Source: Octopus vulgaris (taxonomy: Eukaryota). From it: 64,000 nt of DNA. Below the pieces are notes generated by a model. The model worked only from the letters and a program-made list of their open reading frames with translations, did not search any database and was not told the origin of the DNA. The translations under genes were made by a program, and so were the position numbers. Positions 51,135-64,000 of this stretch are shown here, in pieces. Position 1 is the first letter of the stretch. The number at the start of each line of letters is the position of its first letter. The stretch is from the NCBI GenBank assembly GCA_951406725.2, contig OX597817.1, forward strand, positions 44,392,001 through 44,456,000. Reading direction: 5' to 3'.

Positions 51135-51193
<59 letters not shown>

Positions 51194-51435
51194 ATATTTA
51201 TGTGTGCGTGTATTTGTGTCTGTGTTTGTTCCTCCGCCATCGCTTGACAACCGATGTTTGGGTGTTTACGTCCCTGTTACCTAGCGGTTCGGCGAGAGAG
51301 AATGATAGAATAAATACTAGGCTTACAAAGAACAAGTCCTAGGGTCGATCTATTCAACTAAAAAAAAACTCATTTAACGCTGTGTTCCAGCATGGCCGCA
51401 GTCAAATAACTGAAACAAATAAAAGCGTAAAAGAA
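50140..51435 (+). mobile_element. family D SINE expanded by two nested inserts
   Basis: Head 50140-50200, family C insert 50201-50416, body 50417-50555, (TA)n-bounded insert 50584-51140, tail 51210-51435. Confidence 0.85.
50760..51139. repeat. near-perfect palindrome of about 380 bp
   Basis: Arms 50760-50951 and 50953-51139 with a one-base centre (AAATCAAAA-G-TTTTGATTT). The arms differ by a few small indels. Confidence 0.95.
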
Positions 51436-53470
51436 TAAGATAACTTATATTTTACTGTAAAGTTGGTCGCCGAAGCATCGTAAGACTTTACCGAGGTGTT
51501 TTTTCAGCAGACCACCAGAGGGCAGTATTCGTTAAATGAGTTTGATAGAAATGTTTCTTAGAATGAACACACATTCACTTTTGCATGTCATTTACAAAGT
51601 TACATAGAATAACCATATACTGGTACGCACTGTCCTGTTCTAAAGAGACGTGTACGCTCATAGTCTGAGTGCACGTATGTCCACACACTTGCCTACAAAC
51701 ACGCATACATCGACTCACTCGTGTCTTCATAAAACCCTGGAACTGTCTTGGCTCAAACAAAAAGCCTCGTCGTTTGGTGAAGTGACAGGCTTCAATTCTG
51801 CGAAGAAGTGAAATCTTGAAGAGAAACACACATACACACACACATACACACACACACACACACGTCCGTGCGCAAAACAGAAACACGCATACGTACATAC
51901 ATACACGCACACAAATAAACAAACAGACAGACATTGCAGACAGATACGCTCATACAGACGTGTATCAATATGTGAAAGTGTGCGGCTATGTTGAAAAATG
52001 TGATATAATAATTTAATCAACGGTGAAATTAATTGAACGAAAGAGCACGAAAAGAGTAAAATATAAAAGAAATAATAGAAAAAACAAGACAAAACGGCTG
52101 TTTACAAAACTACCACATTTAAGGTTTGAATTTGTTTTATATTTGAGTGTATCTTCGGTGGACATCAATCAATTTTTCAATTAAAACTCCTTGGCATTAT
52201 TAAACGTCACTAAAATTGCAGTTCAGGAAATTATTGACATTTTTACTTCTTTTCCATCTACAAAAGAAAAACTTCGCGTGATTTTGATTCTGAAGCGACC
52301 TCCTTAACGGGTATAAAGCAACAGGAGATTTTTCAGATGCTTTAACGTCGCTGTTTATTTTTGAGAGATATATACATGTCAGATGGAGTTCTTTTATTAG
52401 CCCAAGGCTAAAAATTCGTGTGAGACTGGTATATCGATTGACTGACTACAGTTAATGCCTGATATTATTTAATTACTTTACCGAAATTGTGAGGAGCAAC
52501 AGGCAACATCACCATCAACATCAGCGGAAATTTGTAGTGAGAATACAGAATATAAGAACACTACATAGTGCAAAATAGCTTTTAGTTTGTCGTTCTGTTT
52601 CCAATATTTTTTAATCTGTTGAAATATGAATACGCATGAAGGTGGCGATCTAGGAGAATCGTTAGCATGCTGGGCAAAGTGTTTAGCAGCATTTTGTCTG
52701 TCGTTAGGATCTGAGTTCGAATTCCACCGAGATCGACTTTGCCTTTCATCCTTTCGCAGTCGATAAAATAAGTACGAATTGAACGTTGGGCTCAATGTAA
52801 TCGACATACCACTCACTCGAACATGCTGGCCTTGTGCAAGAAGTCAATAAATACACACGCACACACACACATTAATGTATATGTGTAGAGTGGTTCTTCT
52901 TGGGCAAATGCACACGTTATTTACAGAGCGCGATACGTGCTGTGCAAAGCTTCTCTTCACTTTAAAGAGCTTCAGACGCAAGCATTGCTCTGTTATGTGC
53001 TACATACAATTTTTGGCTGTAGCGGGGAAAGGCAGAACACTCTATGAGAAATTCCCTAATGGAATTAAGGCATGAACCAGTGTTGGTAGTAAACTCATTG
53101 AAAATTTGCTGCAAAAGGTGGCCATCATTGTTTCATTTGTGCAGAGCTGAAAACCTGTATCCGTGCTGTTCACATGGGGTTTTTACACACCCCAAATACA
53201 AATATGTTTACAGTTTTAGTATTATGTAAAATATACTCATTCGTTTGGTTCAGGATATATCTGTAATCCCTGCTGAGAAGTTTGAAGCCCTTGTAGCTGA
53301 TTCAGTTTGATTTATATAACAATATAATAAAATAAATTATAAAATTAAGGAAAAAAACTAAAACAATCTTAGCTTCAGATCATATTTATTTTGAAAATAC
53401 CCGCAGAGTATACCTTTTTTTGAAATTTTTAAATATCTATGGTGGATATTAACTTGAAAGAAATAAAAAA

Positions 53471-53806
53471 GGAATCCCTTCGGTCATGAATGACCATGGG
53501 ATTGAACCTAGAATGTTACCCTCCTAGGCACAAGTCCGGGCAAGGTTGTTTATGGAAGACCAGCTGTCGCCCGTGCATACCGGCTTCCCTTCTCCACGTC
53601 ACCAGTGTTATCCAAGGGAAAGGCAAAGGAGCCGATACAGCTGGCACCTGTGACGTCGCAACTCATTTCTACAGCTGAGTGAACTGGAGCAATGTGAAAT
53701 AAAGTGTCTTGCTCAAGAACACAACACGCAGCCCGGTCCGGGATTCGAAATCACAACCTCAGGATCGTAAGCTCGACGCTCTAACCACTGAGCCATGCAC
53801 CTTCAC
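53471..53806 (-). mobile_element. family B SINE
   Basis: Full-length match to 8285-8623. Confidence 0.9.
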
Positions 53807-54802
53807 TTAAAGAAACAACATAACAGGCAATCTCCGTTCCAATATGTATTAAATCAAAACATGAACTGCGTTAGTCACATGGGATGACGAGACAAAAATT
53901 ATGTCCACCTCCCGCGACAACTGAGCCGCAACTGCGTCACACCACTTGCAGAACATTTTCACTGAGTCAGAAGAATAGAGGAAGGGAACACAAAACAAAG
54001 AAATAAGTTGCCAACTAAAAATTACGATCATTTAAAAAAAATTGGCGGGGCAAGACACTCCATATGATTAACGAAGTGTTAAATATAAATAGTTGCGGCA
54101 CCAGGAAAAAAAAAATTGATTTTGAAATGAACAGTCAAATCACTGGAGCCATTAGAGTTTCGGTGATAATCTTCGAACCATCTCTTTATTCATTAGGCAT
54201 CGTATCAACTTGTTCAAATGTAATTGTAGAAGAAACAATATAAACGTTAACAAAACCAGCTTGCTATCCTCTGAACATCACCGTGATATTCTAAACTTAC
54301 ATGGCAAAAGTAACAAGGGAAAGGCCATGACACAGTTTTATAGCACATAACTCTGTAGAATCTTGTCACTGATTAAATGATTTATAGTAATGAGAAGTAA
54401 TAGAATTATACTCCAGTTATACTAACAGATTTTCAAAGTGTGAAACAGTCATATTATATCTTCTAAGATTACAAACACTTCGGTATTTTAGTCTTTATAC
54501 AACTACATGATATAAATAACAGAAACGATTATACACGAAATAGGTACAATATGGCGTCTTGTCAACGCCATGGCTATATTGCTGATGCCGTATAGAGGTA
54601 AGAATTTGTAGTTGATGATTGATGTTAATTATAAGATTAATATAATCGCAAATTGCGACACTATTAACATAATGGATTACCATCACACCCACCAGGCCCT
54701 CAACGATAGTCTTGTTAAATTTAATGTGCTACTTTAATGTGTTACATAGTATTACATCGCAGCTAAAATGAAACTGTTAACACATATAAATAATGGCTCG
54801 TC

Positions 54803-55219
54803 AAGGCGGCGAGCTGGCAAGAACGTTAGCGCGCCGGGCGAAATGTGTAGCTGTATTTCGTCTGCCGTTACGTTCTGAGTTCAATTTCCGCTGAGGTCGA
54901 CTTTGCCGTTCATCCTTTCGGGGTCGATAAATTAAGTACCAGTTACGCACTGGGGTCGATGAAATCGACTTAATACGTTTCTCTGTCCTTGTTTGTCCCC
55001 TCTGTGTTTAACCTCTTGTGGGTAGTAAAGAAATAGGTATTTCGTCTGCCGCTACGTTCTGAGTTCAAATTCCGTCGAGGTCGACTTTGCCTTTCATCCT
55101 TTCGGGGCCGATAAATTAAGTACCAGTTACGCACTGGGGTCGATGAAATCGACTTAATCCGTTTGTCTGTCCTTGTTTGTCCTCTTTATGTTTAGCCCCT
55201 TGTGAGCAATGAAGAAATA
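54803..55219 (+). mobile_element. family C SINE dimer
   Basis: TSD ATATAAATAATGGCTCGTC at 54784-54802 and 55220-55238. Confidence 0.92.
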
Positions 55220-55667
55220 ATATAAATAATGGCTCGTCGGATACGTTGGTTTTGAAATATGTAAGACCATGCGGTAGTTCGGACTGAGACTTTGCTTAAA
55301 ATTCACTTTGTTGTAATGTCTCTCATTATAAAATAAAGACAAAATGAAAACTGACGTGTTTGTAGTCATTGTGTTACATGTTCTCATAACAAGAAATTTA
55401 AATGGCAACTGGCCAATCTCAACGAGCAGAATCACTCCAGTGTGCATGCCTAGTCGCTATTAGTAACTGTCTATCATCTTATTTTTCTTTAGACATTCGC
55501 ATTCCAGCTGTTTTACAAGGTTCATTTATTTTACAAATTGTGATGATCTTCACTCTGATGGTTCCTGTTTCAGACGTCTCCCAGAAACATGATTGACAAC
55601 GTAAATATAGTCTACAAGTTTAAGATAATACTTATTGACTTATTTATTTTGTCTATTTTATTTGCAG

Positions 55668-55748
55668 CTCGCTAGAGAAAGATAAACACACGTTGCTGCA
55701 TAGAAGACCTCCTGGGCAGAGGGACAGGGATAACCAGAAGACTTCGAA
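55668..55748 (+). other. candidate 81-bp exon
   Basis: T-rich tract plus TTTGCAG acceptor, AA|GTAATG donor, length a multiple of 3, one open frame (SLEKDKHTLLHRRPPGQRDRDNQKTS). No recognisable homology. Confidence 0.25.
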
Positions 55749-56292
55749 GTAATGTCTGCTTGTATTTTATTCTGACGTTTAATAATTGATAGGGAGTCCA
55801 TGCTTAGAAAGAAACTTTCTGCAGAAATTAAGTATCAATGAGGAAGTACAACGAGATAGCATGAAGCTTAATAAAAAGAGACTGCGTATTAGTAACAGTT
55901 GTAGGAAAAGCAGACGAGTTCTTTTAATGGTCGTAGCTTCGGCCTAGCAACGCATCAACACCCACAACATATTAAATATTCATTTTGATACACTCCAATA
56001 TTTATGGAAATAAAACAGCAGTGATCATTTCTAATTTCAGAGAGTGACCTAAGTCATCTATAATCTATATATCTGTATTCAGGAAAAAGTTCAAGTAGCG
56101 GTCAGGAGACAATAATTTTCTATTTTGTGCGAGAAAGTCACGACCTCTTCATTATCTCTTACCAAACAAAACTACATCAGACTGTTTTCCGGCAAATTGA
56201 ATTCTTAGGAATCCCAATATGCATATTAAATATTATGCGGGGTTTTTACCAAACCTCTTCAGAATTTATTATATTTTAATTTATATAATTAA

Positions 56293-56351
<59 letters not shown>

Positions 56352-56422
56352 TATATGCATTTATGTATGTTATATATATATGTATATATATATATATAAA
56401 CATATATATATAATATGTATGC

Positions 56423-56464
<42 letters not shown>

Positions 56465-56524
56465 CCTCGGTAAATTACAGAGAAATCATAGGCCAACGGG
56501 TTTAGGGTCTGAAGAAACGCTGTA

Positions 56525-57894
56525 AGGTTGTTTGCGGGAAACCAGCAGTCGCCCATGCGTACTAGCCTCCTCTTTGTGTGCCACCGATGTTATCCAAGGG
56601 AAAGGCAAAGGCCGATACAGCTTGGCACCAGTGACATCGCTACTCATTTCTACAGCTGAGTGAACTAGAGCAAGGCGAAATAAAGTGCCTTGCTTAATAA
56701 CACAACACGGTCCGGGAATCGAACTCACTACCTGACGCTCTAACAACTAGACCATGAATACAACACAACCTGTGTGTTGAGTGCTACTTACGCTTGTTTG
56801 TTCATTCAGTCGTATATACACCTTACATTCATAAATGCATACATAACTGGTACTCCGTCGATTGCGACGACAGCGGTTACGGTTGATCCGATCAATGGAA
56901 CAGCCTGTTTGTGAAATTAACGTGCAAGTGGCTGAGTACTCCACAGGCACGTCCCCTTAATGTAGTTCTCAGGGAGATTCAGCATGACGCTGAAAGTGAC
57001 AAGATTCGCTCTTTGAAATACAGGTACATCTTGCTAGCTGAGTGGAATGGAGAAACGTAAAGTAAAGAGTCTTGCTCAAAGACACGACATGTCACCGGGA
57101 ATGGAACACGTGACCAAAGTGAAATAGTGGAAATAGAACGACAAGCTAAATGGTGAGGAAAAGCCATTACACATTCTTTATTTTGTCTCCTTGTTTCTTT
57201 CTTTATTTTGTCTCCTTGTTTCTTCGGTCACGACACAGACCATGGTATGGCACCTAGAAAGTAACCCTCCCAGGCACAAGTTCGTGCAAGATTGTTTATG
57301 GAAGACCAGCAGTTATCCGTGCATACCAGCCTCCCTCCTCCACACCACCAGTGTTATATCCAAGGGAAAGGCAAAGGCCGACACAGCTTGGCAAGAGTGA
57401 CCTCGCAACACGTTTCTACAGCTGAGTTATCTGGAGCAACGTGAAATAAAGTGTCTTGCTCAAGAACACAACACGCAGACCGGTCCGGGATTCGATCTCA
57501 CAACTTCACGATCATAAGCTCGACACTCTAACCACTGAACCATGCGCCTTCACACACACACACACATACACACACACATATATATATATATATAAATATA
57601 TATATATATAAAGGGAAAGTTAACAAAAATAAACAAAAGACGAAGGCAGGTGGAGTACAAACAAACAAATGTATTAGTATATATATATATATATATATAT
57701 ATGCGACGTCACAGGTACCAAGCTGTATCGGCCCTTGCCTTTCCCTTGGGCAACATCGGTGACGTGGAGAGGGAGGCCGGTATGTATGGGCGACTGCTGG
57801 TCTTCCAAAAAAAAAACAACCTTGCCCAGACTTGTGCCTCAGAGGGTAACTCTCTAGGTGCAAACCCATGGTCAGTGTCTGACCGAAGGGGGTC
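56525..57894. mobile_element. cluster of family B SINEs
   Basis: 56525-56755 (minus), hybrid 56845-57115 (minus), 57222-57553 (minus) and 57702-57894 (plus, 5'-truncated). Confidence 0.85.
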
Positions 57895-58239
57895 AAGATA
57901 TATGCATATACACACATACATACATACTCTTATCGTTGTATTGCGTGTTGGCGTCATTTTTGCAGCTGTGATTTTATTTTTGATCTTCTATGTAAATGAA
58001 GATATTTCCTTCGTTTTGCTGCTTTTCTTTCTACGAAACGAGAAGATATATTGCGGAACAGTTATTTTAATGAGTTGTATCCATTTATCATCCGATGAGA
58101 TATATCTGCACCCCCGGATGCTCCTGAACCAGTTGTAAAGTGTCCCACCAATGAGGCATCGATTTTGAAACAATTGTCGTGATTGATAATAAAAATTCTC
58201 GTATATTCCATCTTCCGACTTTCATTTACCACCACATGC

Positions 58240-58288
<49 letters not shown>

Positions 58289-58950
58289 GTAGGGTGAGTT
58301 GTATATATGATTAAACCTCAGAGGTTATACAACACCAAAATAATTGAGCATCATTATTTCACGATAATATGTAAACTATCCATATTTTATTTGAAGACCA
58401 ATTTATAAATTATAAAATTATATGTGTATATTTGTGCGTATAGAGATGAATTATGACCAACATTTGGTGCTGGACCGCTTATTGGAAAACAATCGGAGTA
58501 ACGAAGTACAAACTACCAACGGAGCGTGGCCTGAAATGTTAATTTCTGTGTGATCTCATATCTCATCCGTATATCATCCTCATGATAATTTTTTCAGTAA
58601 TCAGATTCAATACAATGGCGGCCATCACTAATCTAGCAATTCTGGTGACTACATTTACAGACATTGCTTTCCTGCAGTAAAATACTATAAGAGGAAATAC
58701 AGAAAACATTTAGACGTTCTGCTGCATCACCAGATCGTAGTCAATATGCTTTGAAATACGGACATAAATATCCAAATCACCAACGAAATGGAATATCTTT
58801 ATCACAATGATATCCTTACATCATGATATTGGACATGCGTCATTGAGCTCTTCTTTTGTTTAATATCAGGAATATTAATCTTAAATAGGAGGGAACGGCT
58901 GTCCTCTTTAAGACAGGTTTGGTACAGCAACTAATTTTCAGGATATTACA

Positions 58951-58996
<46 letters not shown>

Positions 58997-59457
58997 TGGG
59001 GTGAGAGCGAAAGAGAGAGCGAGAGAAAGAGAAACAGAGTGTGTGTCTACGTGTGTGTTTTTACTTAATGCTATTATTATGAAGCAAATTTAAGAAAAAA
59101 ACAACTGGGCATTTAGTAGTTTTGAGTCTCAGTACTAAAGTATAGTAAAATCTAATATAAAATTCGATTCTGTTGGGATTTTAAGTCTTCTCCGATGACA
59201 TATGTGACGCTGATGTCCTAGTCAAATCAGATCATGTGATATATATGCATGTGTGGGTGAGTGAGTGTGTGCGCGTATGAATGTACTTATTCCACACGCA
59301 TACACGCAATCACAGAGAGAGAAGGGGGGAGATATAGAGAGAGGGAGAGAGAGTGGAGAAAGAGTGCGGAGAGAGAGACGGAGAGAGAGGAGTGCTTGAG
59401 ACTCAACAAAACTAATCTAATCTATGTACAGTAATTCGAAAGGCGAATAAAAAATAA

Positions 59458-60015
59458 CGGGTTTCAAATTTTGGCACAAGGCCGAAATTTTAGGGGAGGG
59501 GATGAGTCGATTTCATCGACCCGAGTGTTCAACTGGTACTTATTTTATCGACCCCGAAAGGATGAAAGGTAAAGTCAACTTCAGCGAAATTAAAACTCAG
59601 AACGTAAAGACAGACGAAATACCTATTTCTTTACTACCCACAAGGTGCTAAACACAGAGAGGACAAACAAGCACAGACAAACAGATTAAGTCGATTTCAT
59701 CGACCCCAGTGAGTAACTGGTACTAAATTTATCGACCCCGAAAGGATGAAAGGCAAAGTCGATCTCGGCGGAATTTGAACTCAGAACGTAAAGACAGACG
59801 AAATACCTATTTCTTTACTACCCACAAGGGGCTAAACACAGAGAGGACAAACAAACACAGACAAACGGATTAAGTCGATTACATCGACCTCAGTGAAAAC
59901 TGGTACTTAATTTATCGACCCCGAAAGGATGAAAGGCAAAGTCCACCTCAGCGGAATTTGAACTCAGTACATAACGGCAGACGAAATACGGCTACGCATT
60001 TCGCCCGGGCTACTA
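59458..60015 (-). mobile_element. family C SINE trimer
   Basis: Three cores with a period of 184 nt (junctions at 59616 and 59800). The last unit ends in the alternative tail. Confidence 0.9.
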
Positions 60016-60415
60016 ACGATAATAAAAATAACAAATACAATAAAAAAAATAACACAAAAAGAAAAAAAGACAAAACAATAACACGCTGCTAATCAAGGAA
60101 AATCTTGAGCAAATCCACTGGCACCTTCTCTTTCCCAGTGAGAGCTCGTGGCACGAAATATTAGAAGCATACGTGTAATCTATAGAGAACGACCTAAACT
60201 GGGGTTCAGACAAAATATGATAAAAAAGACATGATCAGTACAATGTGTTTGTGAAAACCTAGAGCTTATTCTTCCCTAATCTACAATCACCCACACATTA
60301 ATTAGCCCTATCCTCTCCAACACCATTATGAGCACTACATCATTTGCACAATGAGGAAGTTATTGTAACATTATTGCCAGTTTCATTTTCAATTTCTTTT
60401 AGTATTTTAGATAGT

Positions 60416-60579
60416 AGGCGCAGGAGTGGCTGTGTGGTAAGTAGCTTGCTTACGAACTATATGGTTTCGGGTTCAGTCCCACTGCGTGGCAACTTGGGCA
60501 AGTGCCTTCTACTATAGTCGCGGGCCGACCAAATTTTTGTGAGTGGATTTGGTAGACGGAAACTGAAAGAAGCCCGTCG

Positions 60580-60610
<31 letters not shown>

Positions 60611-60820
60611 GTGTGTGTGTCTTGCTTCTGCTCCCAACATCGCTTGACAATCGATGCTGGTGTGTTTATGTCTCCGTAACGTAGCGGTTCGGCCAGGGAG
60701 ACCGAAAGAATAAGTACTAGGCTTACAAAGAGTAAGTCCTGAGGTTGATTTGCTCGACTAAAGGCGGTGCTCCATCATGAGCGCAGTCAAAATGACTGAA
60801 ACAAGTAAAAGAATAAAAAG
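60416..60820 (+). mobile_element. family D SINE, full length
   Basis: Aligns end to end with 43708-44150. Confidence 0.9.
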
Positions 60821-60829
60821 AGAGAGTAT

Positions 60830-61180
60830 TTTGGGTGATGTGCCAAGTGCGAGTTATTACAGGATTAATTGTTGTCTTGCTCTTCCACAGTCTCCTCAGC
60901 TCTCTAACTGATCCTAATATTTCTCAATTTTTTTTTCAAGTTTTTGGTATCATCTCAGCTATCTTAGGGAATTACTAATCTATGATGTCACATCGTTTGT
61001 TTATTTTGTCATCTTTAATCAAATCTAGTTATTCTTGTCTCCAAAGTATGGTTAGTCTTTATGGTGAAGTCCCAAAGATCTTGTAATATTCATTTCCTAT
61101 CACAGGCTCTAGTTCGTATCCATAACTCTTTTCTGTTGTTTTGAAACCACAAGCTCGGCTAACATCCCAATGCAGCCGAG
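60830..61180 (-). mobile_element. R4/Dong-type restriction-like endonuclease fragment
   Basis: RLHWDVSRACGF...YELEPVIGNEYYKI-LWDFTIKTNHTLE...KRCDIID...EKY...RELRRLWKSKTTINPVI. Short (TTA)n at 61186-61200. Confidence 0.75.
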
Positions 61181-62434
61181 TGTTGTTAATTATTATTATA
61201 CTAAGAAAGATAGTAGCACTGCAAATCTATATTAGAGATGGCTGTCAGATTTACCTTCAGATATTGAGATTCGTAGATACACATGATATTATATTTTAAT
61301 GAAACCATATTGATTCCTATGCACTATCATAATATTAAGGATATCTCAGTAATAAATATATTCCATTTCATTGGCAATTTAGATAATTTGTATAGCAGCG
61401 TCCGTATTTCAGACATATTGACTGGTTGTATAACATCAATGGAAACATCAAATTGTCCAAATATTTTGTCTACATCGTTACATAGCATTTTACTACGGCA
61501 AAGTCTGTAAATAAAGATATTCATTAAAACCGATATGTTAGAGATGGTCTGTATTGGACTCTATTGCAGTGGAAATGTTTCAAAAAAAAAAAAGAGAGTA
61601 AAATGAAAACAAATGAATGCTGATGAGATCACGTAGAAACTATACATTAGGTGTCTTTACAATGTTTATATATAGTTCATTTATATTCTATACATTACTT
61701 TTTTGTGTTATTGGACAAAAGCTCTGCTCAAGTACCACTTTGAAGAGTTTAGTACCTGAGTACTTATTTTATAAAATTTGTTACTTGTTCCATCGGTTTC
61801 TTCTTCTTTGTCACGGTGATGTAAAAAAAACCCAACATCAGCTGTCAAGCAGCGGGAGAAGAGGAAAACAAAAACACAAGCACATACATACATCAATATA
61901 TATGCGACGGGATTTCTCACAGATCCCGTCTACCAAATTCACTCAAAATATATTGCACGTCCGGAGCTATGGTAGGATACATTTGCAAAAGATGCTGCTC
62001 TGTGGTTTCAAAGCAAGCTTTATAACCATACACCTACGCCTTTATACAACTGATGTGTTGTAAAACGATGGAGATAGTCTACTGATGGACAATTCATAGT
62101 TTCTTGACAGCTCTTCCTTATCTGATCAATAGCATAGATCCTGTGCTTATATAGTAGTCATGAAACGGTCCGTAGAAGACTACCAACCCCTTTCTAGCAT
62201 ATCGGTAGTATAAAAAGAATGCGTTTATCTTACATATTTAAAATTATATTGCAATATTTAAAATGATTTAATTTCTTCCAATTTATTCTGTGTTGCAGAT
62301 AAAATAAATATTGTTTAGCTAATGACAAGCTTTCAAAGGCACAAATATACAAAATTTCTAACTGCTTTATAGTGAAGGCAGCCAAGTACTGCTTCTCCAA
62401 GAAACCGTCGGCAAACCATGAAGTGCTCCATCAG

Positions 62435-62837
62435 AAGGCAGCGAGCTGGCGGAAACGTTAGCACGCCGGGCGAAATGCTTAGCGGTATTTCGCCTGCCGT
62501 TATGTTCTGAGTTCAAATTCCGCAGAGGTCGATTTTGCCTTCCATCCTTTCGGGGTCGATAAATTAAGTATCAGTTACGGACTGGGGTCGATATAATCGA
62601 CTTAAATCGTCTGTCTGTCCTTGTTTGTCTCCTGTGTTTAGCCCCTTGTGGGTAGTAAAGAAATATGTATTTCGTCTGCCGTTACGTTCTGAGTTCAAAC
62701 TCCGCCGAGGTCGACTTTGCCTCTCATCCTTTCGGGGTCAATATATTAAGTACCAGTTACGCACTGGGGTCGATCTAATCGACTTAGTTCCTTTGTTTGT
62801 CCCCTCTATTTAGCCCCTTGTGGCCATTAAAGAAATA
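62435..62837 (+). mobile_element. family C SINE dimer
   Basis: Two units, junction at 62660-62673. Confidence 0.9.
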
Positions 62838-63480
62838 AGAAGGCTTTCCTCACAAATCACTGATGTGCTCAGTAGTCTATCGTAGTCCGAAAAAGATGTT
62901 TCAGCAATTTTTGCCGAACAAACTACACAAATGATTCATTTATAGTGATGGAATGTTTGTGCCATACATTACCTTATTCACTCCGCAAAATCGATTTTTC
63001 CTGAAAAGGTGCACTGTGTACCGCAAGTCTGGTGTCGAAGTGATCGCAGACCAGCGTGAGATGAAGTGTTCTGCTCAAAACTACAATCACCATCCGGTCC
63101 AGGAATTGAAATCACGACCTCGCGATCGTAAGTTTAACAACCTACCCATTTGTCCATGAGAAATCACACACCCAAATTATATAAACAATGCCTTTACTCT
63201 TCTCGTATTCAGCGCAACGTAAACTGTACAATGTTTGAATTTGTTTCAGTTCTTTCGAATTACACAATATAATGTATGGGTGTTTGTGTGTATATACGTG
63301 TGTGTGGATTTGTGTGTGTATGTATGCATAGTTTTAAAAAGAGACACAGAACATATAGTATTTTATGCTTTTTAAAACTTACAACTGTTTCGGGATTGCA
63401 TAATTTCTGGTTGAAACACATAATCTTATTAAGCCTTCTCATTATCATTGTTTATCCAAAGATAAAGACAATGGTGTTAA

Positions 63481-64000
63481 ATACTCAGCCTCGGTAATGA
63501 CATCCCGGTCTCACGCCATTTCCGCTCTACCGGTCACTCTTTGCAACCCCTGTCCATGTTCGGATTGTTCTTGCACAGAGGCCATCCTGAGTCCCGTTTG
63601 CGCCGTGAACATGGATTAATCTTCTCTCTTCGCTCCTTTATGCCATAAGAGCTCAACTCTCCTCTCCTCTTCCTCTAGTCTCCTCACCTTGCCTCTCTCC
63701 TCCTCCCTCCTACTTTTTCCCACCCACCTCTCCTCTCTTGCTCCGACTCCTACTTCTCTTCACTCCTACTTCTCTTCACCCCTACTCTCTTTCTCTCTTC
63801 TCTCTTACACTCTTTCTCTCTTCTCTCTTACTCTCTTTTTCTCTTCTCTCTTACTCTCTTCTCTCATACCCACCTTCCCCTTCCTACTTCATCGTCAACC
63901 CTCCCCTATAAGCCCACTCCACCCCTACGCATTCTTACTCCACCTTCCCTATCCTTCCCATCCAACCCCATCCCATCCCTCACACCTTCTTCCACATACC
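63481..64000 (+). mobile_element. Penelope-like element 3' part: GIY-YIG C-terminus plus CT-rich tail (runs off the window)
   Basis: 63481-63660 translates to DIPVSRHFRSTGHSLQPLSMFGL...RLRREHGLIFSLRSFMP*ELN, matching the PLE endonuclease end PVARHF...HS...R..RE..LI..L....P.GLN. Not in the ORF track. Confidence 0.75.

Noticed and set aside
58446-58915. Possible GPCR-like pseudogene (hydrophobic stretch, then WTCVIELFFC)
   Set aside because: Needs several stops and frameshifts and shows no diagnostic motif such as DRY. Too weak without a search.

Overview
AT-rich, microsatellite-dense eukaryotic DNA with no intact protein-coding gene I can support. The repeat content suggests a coleoid cephalopod, probably Octopus (inference only, no search run). 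Nearly all ORF-track entries are translations of (TA)n, (CA)n, (TATC)n, (AAT)n, (CAT/CGT)n or (GGT)n. The window is a nested transposon landscape. It holds four tRNA-derived SINE families, many with target-site duplications (TSDs), and a decayed R4/Dong-type LINE inside a (TAA)n tract plus three further R4-type fragments. It also holds RTE 3' ends with C2H2 fingers, Penelope-like (PLE) RT and GIY-YIG relics, a deleted mariner and several MITEs. Best hunting results: (1) minimal hammerhead-ribozyme folds beside (TA)n tracts, with the core 3-8 pair appearing as C-G, U-A and G-C; (2) a two-copy hammerhead-like multi-stem RNA whose stems are conserved while the sequence diverges; (3) SINE multimers of about 184 nt with a fixed self-complementary junction; (4) a MITE with a 6-bp TSD carrying telomere repeats; (5) a palindrome of about 380 bp; (6) possible decayed cadherin-like and Ig-like coding remnants. 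All family names come from motif recall and all folds were made by eye.
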